The notes below the pieces were generated by a model that did not search any database, was not told where the DNA came from, and was given only the letters and a program-made list of their open reading frames with translations. 64,000 nt of DNA from NCBI GenBank assembly GCA_038203945.1, contig JBBRDJ010000004.1, forward strand, positions 77 through 64,076. Reading direction: 5' to 3'. The position numbers were made by a program, and so were the translations under genes. The stretch comes from Gemmatimonadales bacterium. Lineage in GTDB: Bacteria; Gemmatimonadota; Gemmatimonadetes; Gemmatimonadales; Gemmatimonadaceae. Below, piece by piece: positions 9,291 through 19,139 of the stretch (positions within the stretch are counted from its first letter, which is position 1; each line of letters opens with the position of its first letter).

Positions 9291-10898
9291 CTACTCAGGG
9301 AACTCGCGCAATACCAGCCCTTCGCTCTCGCGCTCTGCCCAACGCATGGCAAACGAGTTGGCGAACAGCAACACTGTCTGACCTTTCTGATCGTAAAGCA
9401 CCATGCGATCACGCATGGAGGTGGCCTTTTGCATGGCCTCCCGGGTACCGCTGATCCAGCGTGCGTGTGACATGCCCAGTGACTCGAGTTTGGCTGGCAC
9501 ACCGTACTCGTGCTGCAGCCGATGCAGCAACACATCGAACTGCAGCTGTCCAACGGCGCCGACAATGTCGGGCACACTCGCCTGCGGGTCGGCCCGGAAG
9601 AGCTGCACCGCGCCTTCTTCGGCCAACTGCCGCAACCCCGTATCGAGGTGCGGACGACGCAACGGATCCCTGACCGTGATGCGCGAAAAATGCTCGGGCG
9701 GGAAGCGCGGGATGTCATCGAACACCACCGGCTTGCCCGTAAACAGCGCGTCACCAATGCGCAGGTTTCCGCGATCGTGCACACCAATCACATCGCCCGC
9801 CCACGCTTCGTCAATGTGCGTCCGTTCCTGCGCCAGAAACTGCTGCGGCAGATTCAGACGCAGCGGTTTGCCAGTGCGACCGAGTGTGACCTGCAGTCCG
9901 GCTTCAAAGTGCCCCGACGTCAGCCGCACAAACGCGATGCGATCGCGATGTCTCGGATCCATGTTTGCCTGGATCTTGAACACAAAGCCTGTAAACGCGT
10001 CGTCGCCGGGCTCAACGACTCCATTTTCAACATGCCGTGCAGTGGGCTCGGGGGCCAGACGTAGAAAATCGTCCAGAAACGGCTCCACCCCAAAGTTGGT
10101 GAGCGCGCTGCCAAAGTAGAGCGGTACCAGTTCGCCCGCCGTGATGGCGGCATCGTCGAGCGCATTACCGGCGGCGTCCAGCAACGCCAACTCCTCAAAC
10201 GTGCGATCGGCCACGGCCAGACTGGTGTGCTGCGCTATATCGGCGTGCGACAGCGGTGACGTTTCCACGGCCACACGCGACGCACCATGATCACCACCGC
10301 GCTGAAACCAGTGCACCACCTGCCGACGACGGTCTACCACCGCCTGCAGCGTGTCATTCTGCATTACGGGCCACATGGCCACAGCCACCGGCAGCTCCAG
10401 TTCGTCTTCGAGCAAGCCCAGCAGTTCGAGCGGGTCGCGACCCACGCGGTCGCATTTGTTGACAAAGGCAAAAATCGGCAGCTTCCGACGACGGCACACC
10501 GCGTACAGCTGGCGCGTTCGCTCCTCGACGCCCTTGCGGTTGTCGAGCAGCATGATGGCGCTGTCAGCCGCGACGAGTGTCCGGTAGGTGTCTTCGGAGA
10601 AGTCTTCGTGGCCGGGGGTGTCGAGCAGATTGACGCGGAATCCGTGATAATCGAACTGCAGCACAGAGGTGGTCACGGAAATGCCGCGCTCTTTTTCCAT
10701 GGCCAGCCAATCAGAAGTGGCGTGCCGTTCCGCTCGCCTCGCCTTGACGGTGCCAGCGAGGTGGAGCGCGCCGCCGTATAGGAGCAGCTTCTCGGTGAGC
10801 GTCGTTTTTCCGGCGTCCGGATGCGAAATAATCGCAAACGTGCGCCGGCGGGCGATTTCGGGGTGTAGTGAATGTTCAGCAGTCGCGACAGCGGTCAT
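9291..10898 (-). CDS. prfC: Peptide chain release factor 3 (translational GTPase)
   Basis: RRTFAIISHPDAGKTTLTEKLLLYGG, DTPGHEDF and NKCD GTPase motifs, with RF3-like length. Start trimmed to the ATG at 10896-10898. Confidence 0.93.
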   Translation of the reverse strand: MTAVATAEHSLHPEIARRRTFAIISHPDAGKTTLTEKLLLYGGALHLAGTVKARRAERHATSDWLAMEKERGISVTTSVLQFDYHGFRVNLLDTPGHEDFSEDTYRTLVAADSAIMLLDNRKGVEERTRQLYAVCRRRKLPIFAFVNKCDRVGRDPLELLGLLEDELELPVAVAMWPVMQNDTLQAVVDRRRQVVHWFQRGGDHGASRVAVETSPLSHADIAQHTSLAVADRTFEELALLDAAGNALDDAAITAGELVPLYFGSALTNFGVEPFLDDFLRLAPEPTARHVENGVVEPGDDAFTGFVFKIQANMDPRHRDRIAFVRLTSGHFEAGLQVTLGRTGKPLRLNLPQQFLAQERTHIDEAWAGDVIGVHDRGNLRIGDALFTGKPVVFDDIPRFPPEHFSRITVRDPLRRPHLDTGLRQLAEEGAVQLFRADPQASVPDIVGAVGQLQFDVLLHRLQHEYGVPAKLESLGMSHARWISGTREAMQKATSMRDRMVLYDQKGQTVLLFANSFAMRWAERESEGLVLREFPE

Positions 10899-11025
10899 GG
10901 CAGTCCCATCGGGTTCAAGGCGAATCTGAAACGTAATCATCCCCACGTCACTCCCTCGCGCCGTCCCCCCCTGACGCTGTAGGCTTCAGGAAGCTCATAC
11001 GCCGTTCTCTCTCCGGAGGTTGCTC

Positions 11026-13563
11026 ATGCCTGCGTTCGTGTCTGTCGCGTTTTCTCGTCTTGAAAGTCGTCTTGATGGCCGTCCGGGTTCGCGGCGCCAG
11101 CCTGCCAGTATCGCGTGTTGCGCCGCCGCCGTGCTGAGTGCCATGGTGCTGCCCATCGTTGGCGCCAATGCCCAGACCGGCTATCAGAATCCACCATCGG
11201 CGATTACGTCCATTCTGGATGCCCCACTAACTCCAAGCGTCAGCACCAGTCCATCGGGCACGATGTTGCTGCTCTCCGAGCGTCCGGGCTCTCCGTCCAT
11301 CGCGGAAGTGGCGGCACCGGAGTACAAACTGGCCGGACTGCGTTTTGACCCGCGCTCCAACGGCCCGTCGCGCGGCTCGGGCGTGCGCAGTCTGTCGCTG
11401 CTGTCGATCACGGGCAGCGACGCTCGTCGCGTCACGATTCCGTGGCCTGCCGGTACTGACACGCTGGCCGGACCGATTGGCAACACGCGTTGGTCGGCCA
11501 CGGGTGATCAGATTTTCTTTACGGTGACCACGGGCAACGCCATTTATCCGTTTGTCGCCGAAGTCCTTACCGCCAGCGCGCAACAGCTGAGCACGCGTGC
11601 GCTCAACGCCGTCCTCGGCGCGCCGTGCAATTGGATTGGTCGTGAACCGGCACTGCTCTGCAAGTTTGTGCCAGCGAATCGCGGTTCGGCCCCAACGGAA
11701 CCCATCACGCCAACGGGTCCGATTGTGCAGGAAACCGATGGCGGCAGCGCCGATCGGGTAGCCACCTATCAGGACCTGCTGCGTACGCCGCACGATGAAG
11801 CGATCTTCGAGCACTACGCCCGATCGCAGCTGGCGCGGGTGACACTCGACGGCACCATCACCGAACTGGGGCCCGTTGGCATTCACGCCTCCGCAGAGCC
11901 CAGCCCGGATGGGCGCTATGTCCTGGTCACCACCATGGCGCGTCCGTTTTCGTATGTCGTGCCGGCGAGCTTTTTCCCAACCACGTTTGCTGTTTGGGAC
12001 ACTACGGGGCGGGAAGTACGAACGGTACATGGGTTGCCCCTGCGCGAACGTGTGCCGTGGGGTGGCGATGTTGTAGCCGAAGGACCACGCTCCATTCGCT
12101 GGCGCGGCGACGTAGACGCCTCGCTGGTGTGGTCGGAAGCACCGCGTGGTGACACGGTTGCCGTTGACGGCATTCGAGACCGGCTGCAGCTATTGAACGC
12201 ACCATTTACCGGTGCACCGGTAACGCTGGCTTCGACCGAGTTCCGCGCGCAGGACGTGCAGTGGGCGCGGCCTGACCTGGCGATTGTGCGCGAAGGGTGG
12301 CAGCGCACGCGCGCGCAACGGTACTGGGCAATCAATCCTGCGCAGCCAGGCCGTGCGCCGCGTTTGCTGTGGGAGCAGAATACGGAAGACCGATACGCCG
12401 ATCCGGGCACGTTCATGTCGACCACAAATGCGTACGGCGAGTCGGTGTTGCGCACCACGCCCGACGGACGCTTTGCTTTTTTGCAGGGCAACGGTGCATC
12501 AAATGAAGGCGATCGGCCATTTGTTGATCGATACGAGTTGGCTACCGGACGTACGACACGGGTGTTTCAGTCTCCGTCGGGCGTGTACGAACGCGCGACA
12601 GAGCTGCTCAACGCCAACGGCGACCGACTACTCACGCTGCGCGAAACGAAATCAGAACCGCCCAACTATTGGGTGCGGGAAACACGCGCGCGTTCGGCGC
12701 CGCGGCAGCTGACACGCTTCACTGATCCAGCGCCTCAGCTGGCGGGTGTTACGTCCGAACTCATCACCTACACGCGTAAGGACGGCGTGCAGCTGTCGGG
12801 CACGCTGTATCTGCCCGCTGGCTACGACAAGAACCGCGACGGACCGTTGCCATTTTTGCTGTGGGCGTATCCGCGCGAGTTCCGCTCAGCGGCAGCCGCC
12901 GCGCAGGTGCAGGGTTCGCCGCATCGCTTTGTTCGTCCCGGTGGCTCCAGTCATCTGTTTGTGCTCACGCAGGGATACGGCGTACTCGATGGACCGGCCA
13001 TGCCGATTATCGGCGAGGGCGACGCTGAACCCAATGACACGTACGTGGAGCAGCTGGTCACGAGCGCTGAAGCCGCAGTGAACGCCATTGTGGAACGTGG
13101 CGTGGCTGATCGTGATCGCATTGGTGTAGGCGGTCATTCCTACGGCGCGTTCATGACGGCCAACCTGCTGGCGCACTCTCGGCTCTTCCGCGCCGGTTTG
13201 GCGCGCAGCGGGGCGTACAATCGTACGCTGACGCCGTTCGGTTTTCAGGCAGAACAGCGTTCGTACTGGCAGGCGCAGGAGATCTACACCACCATGTCGC
13301 CGTTTACATACGCCGATCAGATCAAGGATCCGATTCTGCTGGTGCACGGCATGGCCGACAACAACACGGGTACTTTTCCCGTGCAAAGTGAACGCATGTA
13401 CGCCGCGCTCAAGGGCAACGGCGCCACAGTGCGTTATGTACAACTGCCAGCGGAATCGCACGGATACGCCGCGCGGGAAAGCATCGGACATACGCTCTTC
13501 GAGATGGTATCATGGCTCGACCGGCATGTGAAACCGAAGCGTCCGACGGCGACCATGCAATGA
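11026..13563 (+). CDS. Secreted S9 family serine peptidase (prolyl oligopeptidase / acylaminoacyl-peptidase-like) with N-terminal beta-propeller
   Basis: GGHSYGAFM nucleophile elbow, downstream VHGMADNN and ESHGY, and a signal-like N-terminus. The ATG at 11026 sits 6 nt after GGAGG; the supplied ORF starts at TTG 11020. Confidence 0.88.
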   Translation: MPAFVSVAFSRLESRLDGRPGSRRQPASIACCAAAVLSAMVLPIVGANAQTGYQNPPSAITSILDAPLTPSVSTSPSGTMLLLSERPGSPSIAEVAAPEYKLAGLRFDPRSNGPSRGSGVRSLSLLSITGSDARRVTIPWPAGTDTLAGPIGNTRWSATGDQIFFTVTTGNAIYPFVAEVLTASAQQLSTRALNAVLGAPCNWIGREPALLCKFVPANRGSAPTEPITPTGPIVQETDGGSADRVATYQDLLRTPHDEAIFEHYARSQLARVTLDGTITELGPVGIHASAEPSPDGRYVLVTTMARPFSYVVPASFFPTTFAVWDTTGREVRTVHGLPLRERVPWGGDVVAEGPRSIRWRGDVDASLVWSEAPRGDTVAVDGIRDRLQLLNAPFTGAPVTLASTEFRAQDVQWARPDLAIVREGWQRTRAQRYWAINPAQPGRAPRLLWEQNTEDRYADPGTFMSTTNAYGESVLRTTPDGRFAFLQGNGASNEGDRPFVDRYELATGRTTRVFQSPSGVYERATELLNANGDRLLTLRETKSEPPNYWVRETRARSAPRQLTRFTDPAPQLAGVTSELITYTRKDGVQLSGTLYLPAGYDKNRDGPLPFLLWAYPREFRSAAAAAQVQGSPHRFVRPGGSSHLFVLTQGYGVLDGPAMPIIGEGDAEPNDTYVEQLVTSAEAAVNAIVERGVADRDRIGVGGHSYGAFMTANLLAHSRLFRAGLARSGAYNRTLTPFGFQAEQRSYWQAQEIYTTMSPFTYADQIKDPILLVHGMADNNTGTFPVQSERMYAALKGNGATVRYVQLPAESHGYAARESIGHTLFEMVSWLDRHVKPKRPTATMQ

Positions 13564-13564
13564 A

Positions 13565-14815
13565 ATGACAACACTTTTTCTCGTTGTAACCGCTTCGCTC
13601 GTCATTTCTTTTGTTTGTTCGGTCCTCGAAGCGGTCTTGCTGTCCGTGACACACGGGTACATGGCGTTGCTCGAAGACCGGGGCGATTCCGCCGGTGCGC
13701 TGCTGACTCGGCTGCGCCGGAACATCGACGAACCGATCGCCGCCATTCTCACCCTCAACACCATTGCGCACACGGTGGGCGCCGCGGTGTCGGGTGCGTT
13801 GGCGTTGCAGCAGTTTGGCAGCGCGTGGATGGCCGCGTTTTCCGCCGTGCTTACTCTGCTCATTCTCGTGCTCTCGGAGATTCTGCCCAAGACACTCGGC
13901 GCACGTTACTGGAAACGTCTCGCTCCGCTGACGGCCCGCGTGCTGCGTGTCATGATCGTGGTTATGAAGCCGGTGCTGGTGCCATTGTCACTCATTACCC
14001 GGGTGCTGGGCACGTCGGCGCATGGGCAAACCACGGTGAGTCGCGCCGAGTTGGAGATCCTGGCGGAGATCGGTCGCCGTGAAGGGCAGATTGGCGAATC
14101 GGAATGGCGTGTGGTGGCCAACATCATGCGTCTGCGCGAGATCCTGGTGGGTGAGGTGATGACGCCGCGCACGAGCGTGGTGGCCATTCCGTCAACGACC
14201 TCGCTGGAAGAAGCGCAGCGCGTGATGCTTGACACCGGTTATTTGCGCCTGCCGGTGTATGGCGAAAACGTGGACAGCATCGTAGGCATTCTGCTGGCGC
14301 GTGATTTGTGGCGCGCCATTCGGGCCGGCGTTGGCGACGTGCCAAGCATCATGCGTGAACCGTTGCTCATTCCTGAATCGCGCGCCGTGGAATCGCTGAT
14401 CGCTGAAATGCGCCGTCAACGCATTCAGATGGCCGTTGTACTCGATGAATACGGTGGCACGGCGGGGCTGGTCACGCTCGAGGATCTGGTAGAAGAGATT
14501 GTTGGTGAGATTCAGGATGAACATGAGGTAGAGCCGATTCCGTTTGAACGCGTCGGCCCGTCCGAGGTGCAGGCCGCCGGTTCAGTGGCACTGGCGGAAC
14601 TGGCGGAACATCTCGACGTGGAGTTGCCGGTCGACACGTATGACACGATTGGCGGGTATGTGTTTGGTCAACTCGGACGCCTGCCGGTTGTGGGCGACGA
14701 AGTAAAGTTTGACGGCGGACGCGTGCGCGTCCTTACGATGGATAAACGTCGTGTTGCCAGAGTGCGCGTGCGCTCGGAAGCTCTGCCGTCATCGACCGAG
14801 GACACCGGCGCGTGA
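13565..14815 (+). CDS. CNNM/CorC/TlyC family protein (DUF21 TM domain + CBS pair + CorC_HlyC)
   Basis: 416 aa. N-terminal 4-TM DUF21-like region, a CBS pair (VMTPRTSVVAI.., LPVYGENVDSIVGIL), and a C-terminal transporter-associated domain. It starts 1 nt after the peptidase stop. Confidence 0.88.
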   Translation: MTTLFLVVTASLVISFVCSVLEAVLLSVTHGYMALLEDRGDSAGALLTRLRRNIDEPIAAILTLNTIAHTVGAAVSGALALQQFGSAWMAAFSAVLTLLILVLSEILPKTLGARYWKRLAPLTARVLRVMIVVMKPVLVPLSLITRVLGTSAHGQTTVSRAELEILAEIGRREGQIGESEWRVVANIMRLREILVGEVMTPRTSVVAIPSTTSLEEAQRVMLDTGYLRLPVYGENVDSIVGILLARDLWRAIRAGVGDVPSIMREPLLIPESRAVESLIAEMRRQRIQMAVVLDEYGGTAGLVTLEDLVEEIVGEIQDEHEVEPIPFERVGPSEVQAAGSVALAELAEHLDVELPVDTYDTIGGYVFGQLGRLPVVGDEVKFDGGRVRVLTMDKRRVARVRVRSEALPSSTEDTGA

Positions 14816-16005
14816 GTTCGTTTGCCGAGTGGGTGGCGTTGCGTGATGCAGCCAGACGTGCGGCGTCTGAGCGGCCTCAGGTACCGTTGGCGCTCGCCAC
14901 GTTGGTGGCAGTAAACGGGTCCTCGTATCGGCAAGCCGGCGCGCGCATGCTGTGCGACGCCGACGGTCGGGTACTCGCTGGTGCAATCAGCGGCGGATGT
15001 CTGGAGGCCGATGTCGCACAGCGTGTGGCGAGTGTGTGTGCGTCGGGCGGGAGCACGCTTACGGCGTACGATTTGCGTGAAGATCTCGAAACCATCTGGG
15101 GCTTTGGCACCGGCTGCGACGGGGTCGCGCATGTGCTGTTGTCGCCCGTTGATCTGGCCATCAGCGCAGCAATCGATGCGGCACTCAGCGCGGCGACCGC
15201 ACGCGTAAGCGGTGTGCTCGAAACAGTGGTCGTGTCGTCTGATGTTTCGCGTATTGGACGCACCACATTCATACGGTCTGATGAAATCATTGCACACCAG
15301 GCCATCGCACGCACCGTGCTGCACACCAACGCTCCACTCCTGGCAACGCAACACAACGAACAGGTATTCGGCGCGCCGGTGCAACCGCCACCACAGGTGG
15401 TGGTAATCGGTGCATCGCGCGGTGCGGAAGCGTTTGCGGAGGTCGCGGTGGCCGCTGGCTGGCGCGTGACCATTGTTGATCACCGCAGCGAGGCGCTACA
15501 CGCGCTCGAGCTTCCGGTACAGACCACACGCATTGCCATGCAGCCGGACAACGCGCCCGCGCTGCTGACATCGCAGCGCGGATTCAATGATTCCCGTACT
15601 TGCATCGCGCTCTGCACGCATCGCTTTGAGCACGACCTGACATGGCTGGCTGCTGCACTGCGCACTTCCGTACCGTATGTCGGGTTGCTTGGATCTCGGC
15701 AACGCGCCGCGCGATTGCTGCGCGCCTTGGGCGATACCGGTCACAGGCTGCGCGCGCGAGATCGGGCGCGCATCTACGCGCCCATCGGATTGGATGTGGG
15801 TGGTGACTCACCACAATCCATTGCGCTGGCCGCCATCGCCGAAATGCACGCCGTATTGCACGCTCGACCGGCGGGATCGCTGCGCGAGCGTCAAACACCG
15901 TTGCATACGCGCACGTCCACACCGGAGCTCGGAGCAGATGTCGCCGCCGTCGCTTGTGTGCTGCCATCGCGCACGATGCGATCGCCACGCCGGAATGCGT
16001 CGTGA
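14812..16005 (+). CDS. XdhC/CoxI family molybdoenzyme maturation factor
   Basis: LATLVAVNGSSYRQAGARML.. N-domain plus a Rossmann-like C-domain (VVVIGASRGAEAF). A GTGA overlap joins it to the CNNM stop. Confidence 0.82.
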   Translation: MSSFAEWVALRDAARRAASERPQVPLALATLVAVNGSSYRQAGARMLCDADGRVLAGAISGGCLEADVAQRVASVCASGGSTLTAYDLREDLETIWGFGTGCDGVAHVLLSPVDLAISAAIDAALSAATARVSGVLETVVVSSDVSRIGRTTFIRSDEIIAHQAIARTVLHTNAPLLATQHNEQVFGAPVQPPPQVVVIGASRGAEAFAEVAVAAGWRVTIVDHRSEALHALELPVQTTRIAMQPDNAPALLTSQRGFNDSRTCIALCTHRFEHDLTWLAAALRTSVPYVGLLGSRQRAARLLRALGDTGHRLRARDRARIYAPIGLDVGGDSPQSIALAAIAEMHAVLHARPAGSLRERQTPLHTRTSTPELGADVAAVACVLPSRTMRSPRRNAS

Positions 16006-16643
16006 CGGGTGGGCCGGAGTTGAATCCGTCGCCAGTGACTACGCCATTGGTGGCTCCGAAGGTCGCGGCTCTGCTACTGGCGGCGGGCGCGTCGTCGCGG
16101 CTTGGTGAGCTCAAGCAATTGCTGCGTGACACTGATGGGACGCCTGTGATCACCCGGCTGGCTGCTAGCGCTGTGTCGGCCAACCTTTCACCGGTAGTGG
16201 TAGTGCTTGGCTCGAATGCGACCGCTGTGCGCGAATCCCTACGCGGGCTTCCGGTGCAGATCGTGGAGAACGCGGAGTGGCAGCACGGTATGGCCACATC
16301 CATCCACGCCGGATTACGGGCGCTGGCTGCGGAAGCGGTGCAGGCCGTTGTTCTGATGGCCTGTGATCAACCGGCCGTTACCACTGAACATTTGCAGGCG
16401 TTGCTGGCGCGTTTTGTGGTGGAACACTCACGTGTTGCGTCGTCGTATGCCAATGTGCATGGCATTCCTGCCGTCTGGCCTCGCGCCGATTGGCCAGCCA
16501 TGATGGCACTCACCGGTGATCGTGGTGCACGCGCACTGTTCAATGGCACAGAGGTCACGGTCCCACTGGCTCACGGCGAGCTGGACCTTGACACGCCGCA
16601 GGACCTGGCGGCGTGGCGCGCCATCGAACACGAATCTCACTAA
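16002..16643 (+). CDS. MobA-like NTP transferase (molybdenum cofactor cytidylyltransferase MocA-like)
   Basis: AALLLAAGASSRLGELKQLL signature. The most likely start is the GTG at 16002, which overlaps the XdhC stop (GTGA). The supplied ORF starts at 15954. Confidence 0.8.
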   Translation: MTGGPELNPSPVTTPLVAPKVAALLLAAGASSRLGELKQLLRDTDGTPVITRLAASAVSANLSPVVVVLGSNATAVRESLRGLPVQIVENAEWQHGMATSIHAGLRALAAEAVQAVVLMACDQPAVTTEHLQALLARFVVEHSRVASSYANVHGIPAVWPRADWPAMMALTGDRGARALFNGTEVTVPLAHGELDLDTPQDLAAWRAIEHESH

Positions 16644-16785
16644 TTGGCCGGTATTGTCCAGCAGTACGGGAACTCTTGGCGGCGCACGGACTAGTCGAGA
16701 GTGTAGCGGCGTGACGGGTTGACGGTCGCGTGGCCTGCTGTTTCACCCGTTTGTTGACATTCTGTTTCACCCGCTTCCTGTAGCT

Positions 16786-18312
16786 ATGGTGCCCGTTTCC
16801 GCCGAACCGCTCATGCTTCCAGATGACGTGCACAACCGTGCGCTGCTGTCGCATGTGCACCCGCCAGACTGGAAGAATCCCACCGCTGCTGGTCGCTATC
16901 AACTGGTGGTGATCGGCGCGGGTACTGCCGGACTCGTGAGTGCGGCCATTGCCGCCGGACTGGGGGCGCGTGTCGCGCTCATCGAACGACACTTGATGGG
17001 TGGCGACTGCCTGAACGTGGGCTGTGTGCCCTCCAAGGCCATGTTGCGAGCGGCCCGTTCATGGCATCAGGCGCGCACGTCGCACAGTGAGTTTGGCGGA
17101 CCGGAAGCCATTGGCCCCGGCGATTTTGGGGCTGTCATGGAACGCCTGCGTCGAATACGCGCTGGCATTGCGCCCATTGATGGTGCACCACGCTTTGCGT
17201 TACTGGGGATCGATGTGTTCCTCGGCGACGCAATGTTCACCAGCGGTGAGAGCGTGGAAGTTGGTAAACAAACACTCCGTTTTCGTCGAGCCATTGTGGC
17301 CACGGGTGCACGCGCCGCGATGCCACCGATTCCGGGGCTGGCGGAAGCCGAGCCACTCACCAATGAGACGGTGTTTTCGCTCACGGAGCGGCCGGCGAGT
17401 TTGGTGGTCGTTGGCGCCGGACCCATTGGGATGGAGTTGGCACAATCATTCGCCCGGTTTGGCAGCGCGGTGACCGTGCTCAACGCCGGCGCGCGCGGGC
17501 TGCCGCACGATGATGAAGACGCGGCCGCCGTTGTTGAGGCCCAACTGCGCGCCGATGGTGTGACCATGCACCACGAGGTTGAGATTACACGCGTTGCACG
17601 AGTCGGAGATCAAACGACGCTGTGGTACACCGCCAACGGACGTGAGCAGCAGGTGAGCGCACACGCGCTTCTCGTGGCCGCCGGACGTTCGCCAAACGTA
17701 GACAATCTCGGTTTGGAAACGGCCGGTATTTCGTACAACAAGCGCGGCATCGACGTCAACGAATCCTATCGCACCAGCAACTCGCGCATTTTTGCAATCG
17801 GCGATGTCGCGTCAGCGTTTCAGTTTACGCACGCCGCCGATGCGCAGGCTCGTCTGGTCGTACCCAACGCGCTCTTTGGGGGAATCGGCGGTGGCAAGAG
17901 TCCGTCGCTTGTGATTCCATGGGCGACGTACACCTCACCCGAAGTGGCGCACGTAGGTCGCGCGGCGGTGGACATCAATGCCAGCGAGGTGGATACGATC
18001 ACCCTGCCCATGCACGACAACGATCGTGGCATTCTCGAGGGTGACACGGACGGATTCTTTCGCGTGCATCTCAAGAAGGGCACAGATACAATTGTGGCCG
18101 CCACGCTGGTGTGCGAAGGCGCGGGTGATATGATCGGCGAGATCGTGTCAGCCATGCGACGTGGGGAAGGATTGGGATCGCTCAGCAAAACGATTCATCC
18201 GTACCCCACGCGCGCGGCGATTTTCGGTCGCGCGGCGGATCAGTTCAATCGAGGTAAGCTCACCTCGTTGGCCAAGCGTGTGCTGGGCCTGTTCTTCCGG
18301 GTGACCACGTGA
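16786..18312 (+). CDS. Class I pyridine nucleotide-disulfide oxidoreductase (mercuric reductase-like / dihydrolipoamide dehydrogenase family, no MerA C-terminal Cys pair)
   Basis: VVIGAGTAGL FAD motif, redox-active GGDCLNVGCVPSK, a second Rossmann motif VVVGAGPIGMELA, and a C-terminal dimerisation domain. Confidence 0.9.
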   Translation: MVPVSAEPLMLPDDVHNRALLSHVHPPDWKNPTAAGRYQLVVIGAGTAGLVSAAIAAGLGARVALIERHLMGGDCLNVGCVPSKAMLRAARSWHQARTSHSEFGGPEAIGPGDFGAVMERLRRIRAGIAPIDGAPRFALLGIDVFLGDAMFTSGESVEVGKQTLRFRRAIVATGARAAMPPIPGLAEAEPLTNETVFSLTERPASLVVVGAGPIGMELAQSFARFGSAVTVLNAGARGLPHDDEDAAAVVEAQLRADGVTMHHEVEITRVARVGDQTTLWYTANGREQQVSAHALLVAAGRSPNVDNLGLETAGISYNKRGIDVNESYRTSNSRIFAIGDVASAFQFTHAADAQARLVVPNALFGGIGGGKSPSLVIPWATYTSPEVAHVGRAAVDINASEVDTITLPMHDNDRGILEGDTDGFFRVHLKKGTDTIVAATLVCEGAGDMIGEIVSAMRRGEGLGSLSKTIHPYPTRAAIFGRAADQFNRGKLTSLAKRVLGLFFRVTT

Positions 18313-19139
18313 GTGAGCGGGTCACACCAGGGTCATCGACGGCGGTGCCTGCAGGGCCGTCAAATGACAAGTCAAATGGCAAGTCGCAAGACAACTCACA
18401 AGGCAACTCGCAAGACAAGTCACAAGACAAGTCACGAGGCAAATCACTGGTGCGTCTGAGTGTTCTGGCGCTGGTGCTCGGCATCGTGGCAGTGATTGCC
18501 TGGCGCACCGGTCTGCTCGACCTGCGCGATCCTGACACGCTGCTCGCCGCTATCGGCAAAGCTCGCGCGGTCCCGTACGTACACGTGGTCTTTGTGCTGG
18601 TGTACATCGTTGTGGCAACATTTGGCTTGCCCGCCACACCGTTCACACTCGCTGGAGGGATTCTGTTTGGTACGGGTCTCGGCTCTGTCCTCAACTGGTT
18701 GGGCGCGACACTCGGCGCCACGGGCACGTATCTGCTCGCGCGACTTGTTGGTGGCGACGCACTGCGCGGCTTGCTCGGCGGACAGGCGGCCAGACTTGAT
18801 CTGCTGGCCGGCGAGAAGGGATTCGGCACGCTCTTCCGGCTACGCTTGCTGCCGGTAATTCCGTTTAATGCGCTCAGCTTCACCGCGGCGCTTTCAGGGA
18901 TCGGCATCCGTCCCTATGTGGCGGCCACCGGGCTTGGCATTCTGCCCGGCACGATCATCTACACTTACTTCGCCGGTAGTCTCGTTGGTGGTGTGTCGGG
19001 CGCGTCGGATACTGCGCGCACAAACCTCATCATTGCGTCGGTCTTGTTGCTGGCGATCTCGTTCCTGCCCACGATTGTGAACAAAGTGCGTAGCTCCGGC
19101 GAAACGCCAGCGAAGACTGGCTCGGAGTCGAAGCCGTGA
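18309..19139 (+). CDS. TVP38/TMEM64 (DedA-related) family membrane protein
   Basis: RLRLLPVIPFNALSFTAALSGI motif and multiple TM segments. A GTGA overlap joins it to the preceding reductase stop. The N-terminus is low complexity and encoded by a 12-bp repeat. Confidence 0.85.
   Translation: MSERVTPGSSTAVPAGPSNDKSNGKSQDNSQGNSQDKSQDKSRGKSLVRLSVLALVLGIVAVIAWRTGLLDLRDPDTLLAAIGKARAVPYVHVVFVLVYIVVATFGLPATPFTLAGGILFGTGLGSVLNWLGATLGATGTYLLARLVGGDALRGLLGGQAARLDLLAGEKGFGTLFRLRLLPVIPFNALSFTAALSGIGIRPYVAATGLGILPGTIIYTYFAGSLVGGVSGASDTARTNLIIASVLLLAISFLPTIVNKVRSSGETPAKTGSESKP
18366..18449 (+). repeat. 12-bp tandem repeat x7 (GRCAASTCRCAA) encoding (D/G)(K/N)SQ tetrapeptides
   Basis: gacaagtcaaat ggcaagtcgcaa gacaactcacaa ggcaactcgcaa gacaagtcacaa gacaagtcacga ggcaaatcactg, in-frame in the TVP38 N-terminus. 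Confidence 0.9.

Noticed and set aside
9291-10946. Possible programmed frameshift or recoding in the release factor gene.
   Set aside because: That feature belongs to prfB (RF2). This gene is prfC (RF3) and is a single uninterrupted frame.
16669-16696. An ECF/SigR-type promoter (GGGAAC ... GTC) upstream of the disulfide reductase gene.
   Set aside because: The spacing between GGAAC and the nearest GTC/GTT is about 20 nt, which is longer than the 16-18 nt expected. I treat it as a chance match.
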